Origin: Patescibacteria group bacterium | GTDB lineage: Bacteria; Patescibacteriota; Gracilibacteria; UM-FILTER-43-11 | Direction: 5' to 3' | NCBI GenBank assembly: GCA_029260955.1 | Contig: JAJDCF010000099.1 | Location: 1-35,721, forward strand | DNA length: 35,721 nucleotides | Translations under genes and position numbers: made by a program | Shown: one piece after another, positions 33,479 to 35,721 of the stretch | How the letters are laid out: every line of letters starts with the position of its first letter | Numbering within the stretch: the first letter of the stretch is position 1 | The notes under the pieces: generated by a model | What the model saw: only the letters and a program-made list of their open reading frames with translations | Told to the model about the DNA's origin: nothing | Databases searched by the model: none

Positions 33479-34561
33479 ATGACTCCAAATAAATTTGAAC
33501 AATCAGATTCAACTCCCCGATCGCCTTTAGCAGGCCAATATCGGTATATTTTGATGGCCGCTTTAGCAGGTGCTGCGATTAGCATTACCGGCTGTGAAGG
33601 TGATGAAGTACAACCAGAAGCCCCAGCCAGCGGGATAGCCTGCGTTACCGTAACTACCCAAGACCCACTGGGCCAAGAAGATAAGCCAATGGAGGGCTGC
33701 AAATTGGAATACAAAATACCTCAAAGCATACTCGATGAAGACGCAGCCTACTTTATAAAGTGGGGCAGTGGTCAAACGCCAACCGACCCATGCAACGAAG
33801 GCAGCGGTGGAGGTGGAGGCACAGGTGGAACAGGTGGAGCAAACGAAGGAGGAACAGCTGGTAGTGGAGGTGCTAGCGGAGAAACAGAAAAAGCACCAGA
33901 CAGGATCTTTGTTTACGGCCGAACTGGTACGAAAAAAATTACTGTTAAATGTAACAATGAATACGACAAGGTAGTAGGCCTCCTAAAGGTACCCATATTC
34001 AAAGGGGAAACTAATGATCATTTCAGTCGTCCTATTAATAGCTTTGGCACAAATGGTTATAAATTTGTGGCCGATTCTGAAAATCAAACCATAGCATTAG
34101 ACGACCAGCTGTGCTGGAATGATGAAACTTGGTGCCCTAATAAACTAAGCCAATCAGAACTTGGAAAAACTGAAATTGTAGACTTTGTACTTGATTGCAC
34201 AAATCTTCAAAATTGTGACCCAATAGATGGTCGCAAGTTTTTGACAGCTCATGGTGAACCTGGCGAATTTTCCGAAGGAAAACCAAAGCACCTAACTCTT
34301 ACCGCTAACACTGCTCTTGTTCCTGCAGGAGAAACAAGAACTGTTCTGGTAATCCTGAAGCAAACAAATGGGCCGACTCAGCAACTCGCCGTTCCTATCG
34401 AAATCAGTGGTTCCGCTTGCAAAAACGGAGTCATCGAAGCAGGTGAAGAATGTGAAGGTACTGACTTTGGTGGCAAATCCTGCGCACAATTAGGATTCGA
34501 TGGTGGAGATCTAAACTGTACCGACAATTGCCAAATATCAACAAGTGAATGTGTTGGTTAA
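33479..34561 (+). CDS. putative lipoprotein with Gly-rich linker and C-terminal Cys-rich CxNGxIExGExCEG module
   Basis: Lipobox-like AAISITG|C. GSGGGGGTGGTGGANEGGTAGSGGASGE linker. The C-terminal CKNGVIEAGEECEGTDFGGKSCAQLGFDGGDLNCTDNCQISTSEC parallels the first repeat of protein A. Confidence 0.7.
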   Translation: MTPNKFEQSDSTPRSPLAGQYRYILMAALAGAAISITGCEGDEVQPEAPASGIACVTVTTQDPLGQEDKPMEGCKLEYKIPQSILDEDAAYFIKWGSGQTPTDPCNEGSGGGGGTGGTGGANEGGTAGSGGASGETEKAPDRIFVYGRTGTKKITVKCNNEYDKVVGLLKVPIFKGETNDHFSRPINSFGTNGYKFVADSENQTIALDDQLCWNDETWCPNKLSQSELGKTEIVDFVLDCTNLQNCDPIDGRKFLTAHGEPGEFSEGKPKHLTLTANTALVPAGETRTVLVILKQTNGPTQQLAVPIEISGSACKNGVIEAGEECEGTDFGGKSCAQLGFDGGDLNCTDNCQISTSECVG

Positions 34562-34567
34562 AGTGGC

Positions 34568-35602
34568 CTAAGTAATTACCCACTTGCAGTTCTGCTGAGC
34601 AACGGCATTTTTGAGTTGCAGGTGCAAAAGAAGCTCAGAGAGACGAGGAATATCGAAAGTCGTTTCATCGCATAGGTCATCCATGTCCTTTCCGCCACTA
34701 GAGAGTTTTTCCATTATAATTCTTTCATCATGAGAAAGATCGAGCGCCTGCCGCATCGTCTTCGTTTCCATTTTCAAATCCTCGAGGATGTGCACAATGC
34801 TGTCGACCAACTTAGCCTTACTATTACGGATATAGCTATTGGTACCACTCAGGGCATATTTATTGATGTCGTTTGGTACGGCAAAAACTTCCCGACTCAA
34901 TTCATGGGCCTCCCTGGCAGTTATAAGTGCGCCAGAGTGCTTACCGCCTTCAGTTACTAAAGTTCCCTGACACAGGCCAGCAATAATCACGTTCCTGTCT
35001 GGAAAATGGTGCCTTAAGGCCTTTGTACCCAATGGGTATGTCGAAACAATTGCCCCACCAGATTGGATTATGTCCTGCGCCAAACGATAATTGGAAGAAG
35101 GAGTAATGACATCGACACCAGATCCTAAAACCGCCACTGTAGTGCCATTGTTCTGAAGGGTTGTTCTGTGGGCAACGCTGTCGATTCCCATGGCAAGCCC
35201 GCTAACAATGACAAAACCATGCCGAACCAAATCCGCAGTGAATCTTTTAGTTACATTCCTGCCATACTCAGTACAACTACGTGTTCCAACAACTGCCATA
35301 GCCTTATGAAAGTCAGGCAATTTGCCGCGCACAAACAAAAATGGCGGCTTCTTTTCCATTTGTTTCAATGTTATCGGATAATCCACATCATCAACAAAAT
35401 AAACTTTTATTCCAAGCTCACTAACAGTGCTCATCATTTGCTCAAAAGAAATCCTTTCGCGAATTTCAATCACGCGTGAAGCCTTCTCGCCACGAACATT
35501 AAGCTCGCGAATGTCTTCGGAAGTCAGCCCTTTCCAGGCAGCTTTAAAAGAACCAAATCGCTTGAGAATAACCCGACACTGCTAAGTGGTAAAAATCCCC
35601 CA
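34568..35602 (-). CDS. dprA: DNA-processing protein DprA (Smf)
   Basis: Rossmann-like core ...AVVGTRSCTEYGRNVTKRFTADLVRHGFVIVSGLAMGIDSVAHRTTL...GGKHSGALITAREAHELSREVFAVP. The frame stays open upstream of the track start (GTG 35473) up to TTG 35602. That segment encodes ...VILKRFGSFKAAWKGLTSEDIREL..., typical of the DprA N-terminal helical domain. Confidence 0.88.
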
Positions 35603-35652
35603 ATTTGCAAACAAAAAAAGATACACGTCGTACATAAAAAGAAAAAATGAAT

Positions 35653-35721
35653 TTACAAAACAACCTGCGCCAAAAAACTAGCATGACCAATAAAAAATGC
35701 AAATCCGGCCACCCAGAAAGA
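35653..35721 (-). CDS. possible 3' end (22 codons) of a membrane-protein gene leaving the window
   Basis: The minus frame reads SFWVAGFAFFIGHASFLAQVVL then TAA (35655-35653). It is too short to support further. Confidence 0.2.
   Translation of the reverse strand, partial: SFWVAGFAFFIGHASFLAQVVL

Noticed and set aside
1-35721. Alternative genetic code (UGA recoding, as in Gracilibacteria/Absconditabacteria)
   Set aside because: rpoB, rpoC, pilB and the 870-1140-aa surface proteins are all uninterrupted under the standard code, so no recoding is needed.
1-35721. Mobile element, prophage or genomic-island boundaries
   Set aside because: I found no integrase, transposase, tRNA attachment site, or long direct or terminal inverted repeats. 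The tail-fibre-like motifs sit in signal-peptide-bearing cellular surface proteins with no phage structural genes nearby.

Overview
This 35.7-kb chromosomal segment uses the standard genetic code; rpoB, rpoC and the other long genes have no in-frame UGA. No Shine-Dalgarno motif precedes any gene I checked, and TTG/GTG starts are frequent. By inference only, the gene content fits an uncultivated monoderm, CPR/Patescibacteria-like bacterium: SLH cell-wall anchors, a pilus operon with no outer-membrane parts, and many secreted orphan proteins. Taxonomy cannot be established from this window. Layout: (1) 1-600 holds two small convergent hypothetical CDSs. (2) 845-13614 (+) holds four large secreted, modular surface proteins. 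They carry Cys-rich repeats, TSP3/MopE/Kelch/SLH modules, a beta-helix and shared fibre-like modules. (3) 13619-21253 (-) is one type IV pilus / Com-like operon: pilB ATPase, pilC platform, three prepilin-type minor pilins, a PilX/ComGG-like protein, a PilM-like protein and three tandem paralogous pilins. (4) 21356-31668 (-) is a core block of rpoB, ssb, rpoC, rpsL, rpsG and an SLH protein, with ssb unusually wedged between rpoB and rpoC. (5) 31790-35721 holds a small membrane protein, a secreted orphan, a lipoprotein that reuses the Cys-rich module, dprA, and a gene fragment at the edge. I saw no tRNA/rRNA, CRISPR array, transposase, integrase or reverse transcriptase. The most interesting signals follow. 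A 20-nt identical promoter module heads both the surface-protein cluster and the pilus operon. One ORF has an internal membrane anchor followed by a second signal peptide. A three-member family of fibre-like proteins shares sequence modules. The spacer upstream of the second fibre gene is highly structured, and a 16-nt inverted repeat brackets that gene. The Kelch repeats are homogenised at nucleotide level. The three pilins form a paralogous set. ssb, dprA and the pilus genes lie within 22 kb of each other. All functional calls come from motif recognition by eye, with no database search run.
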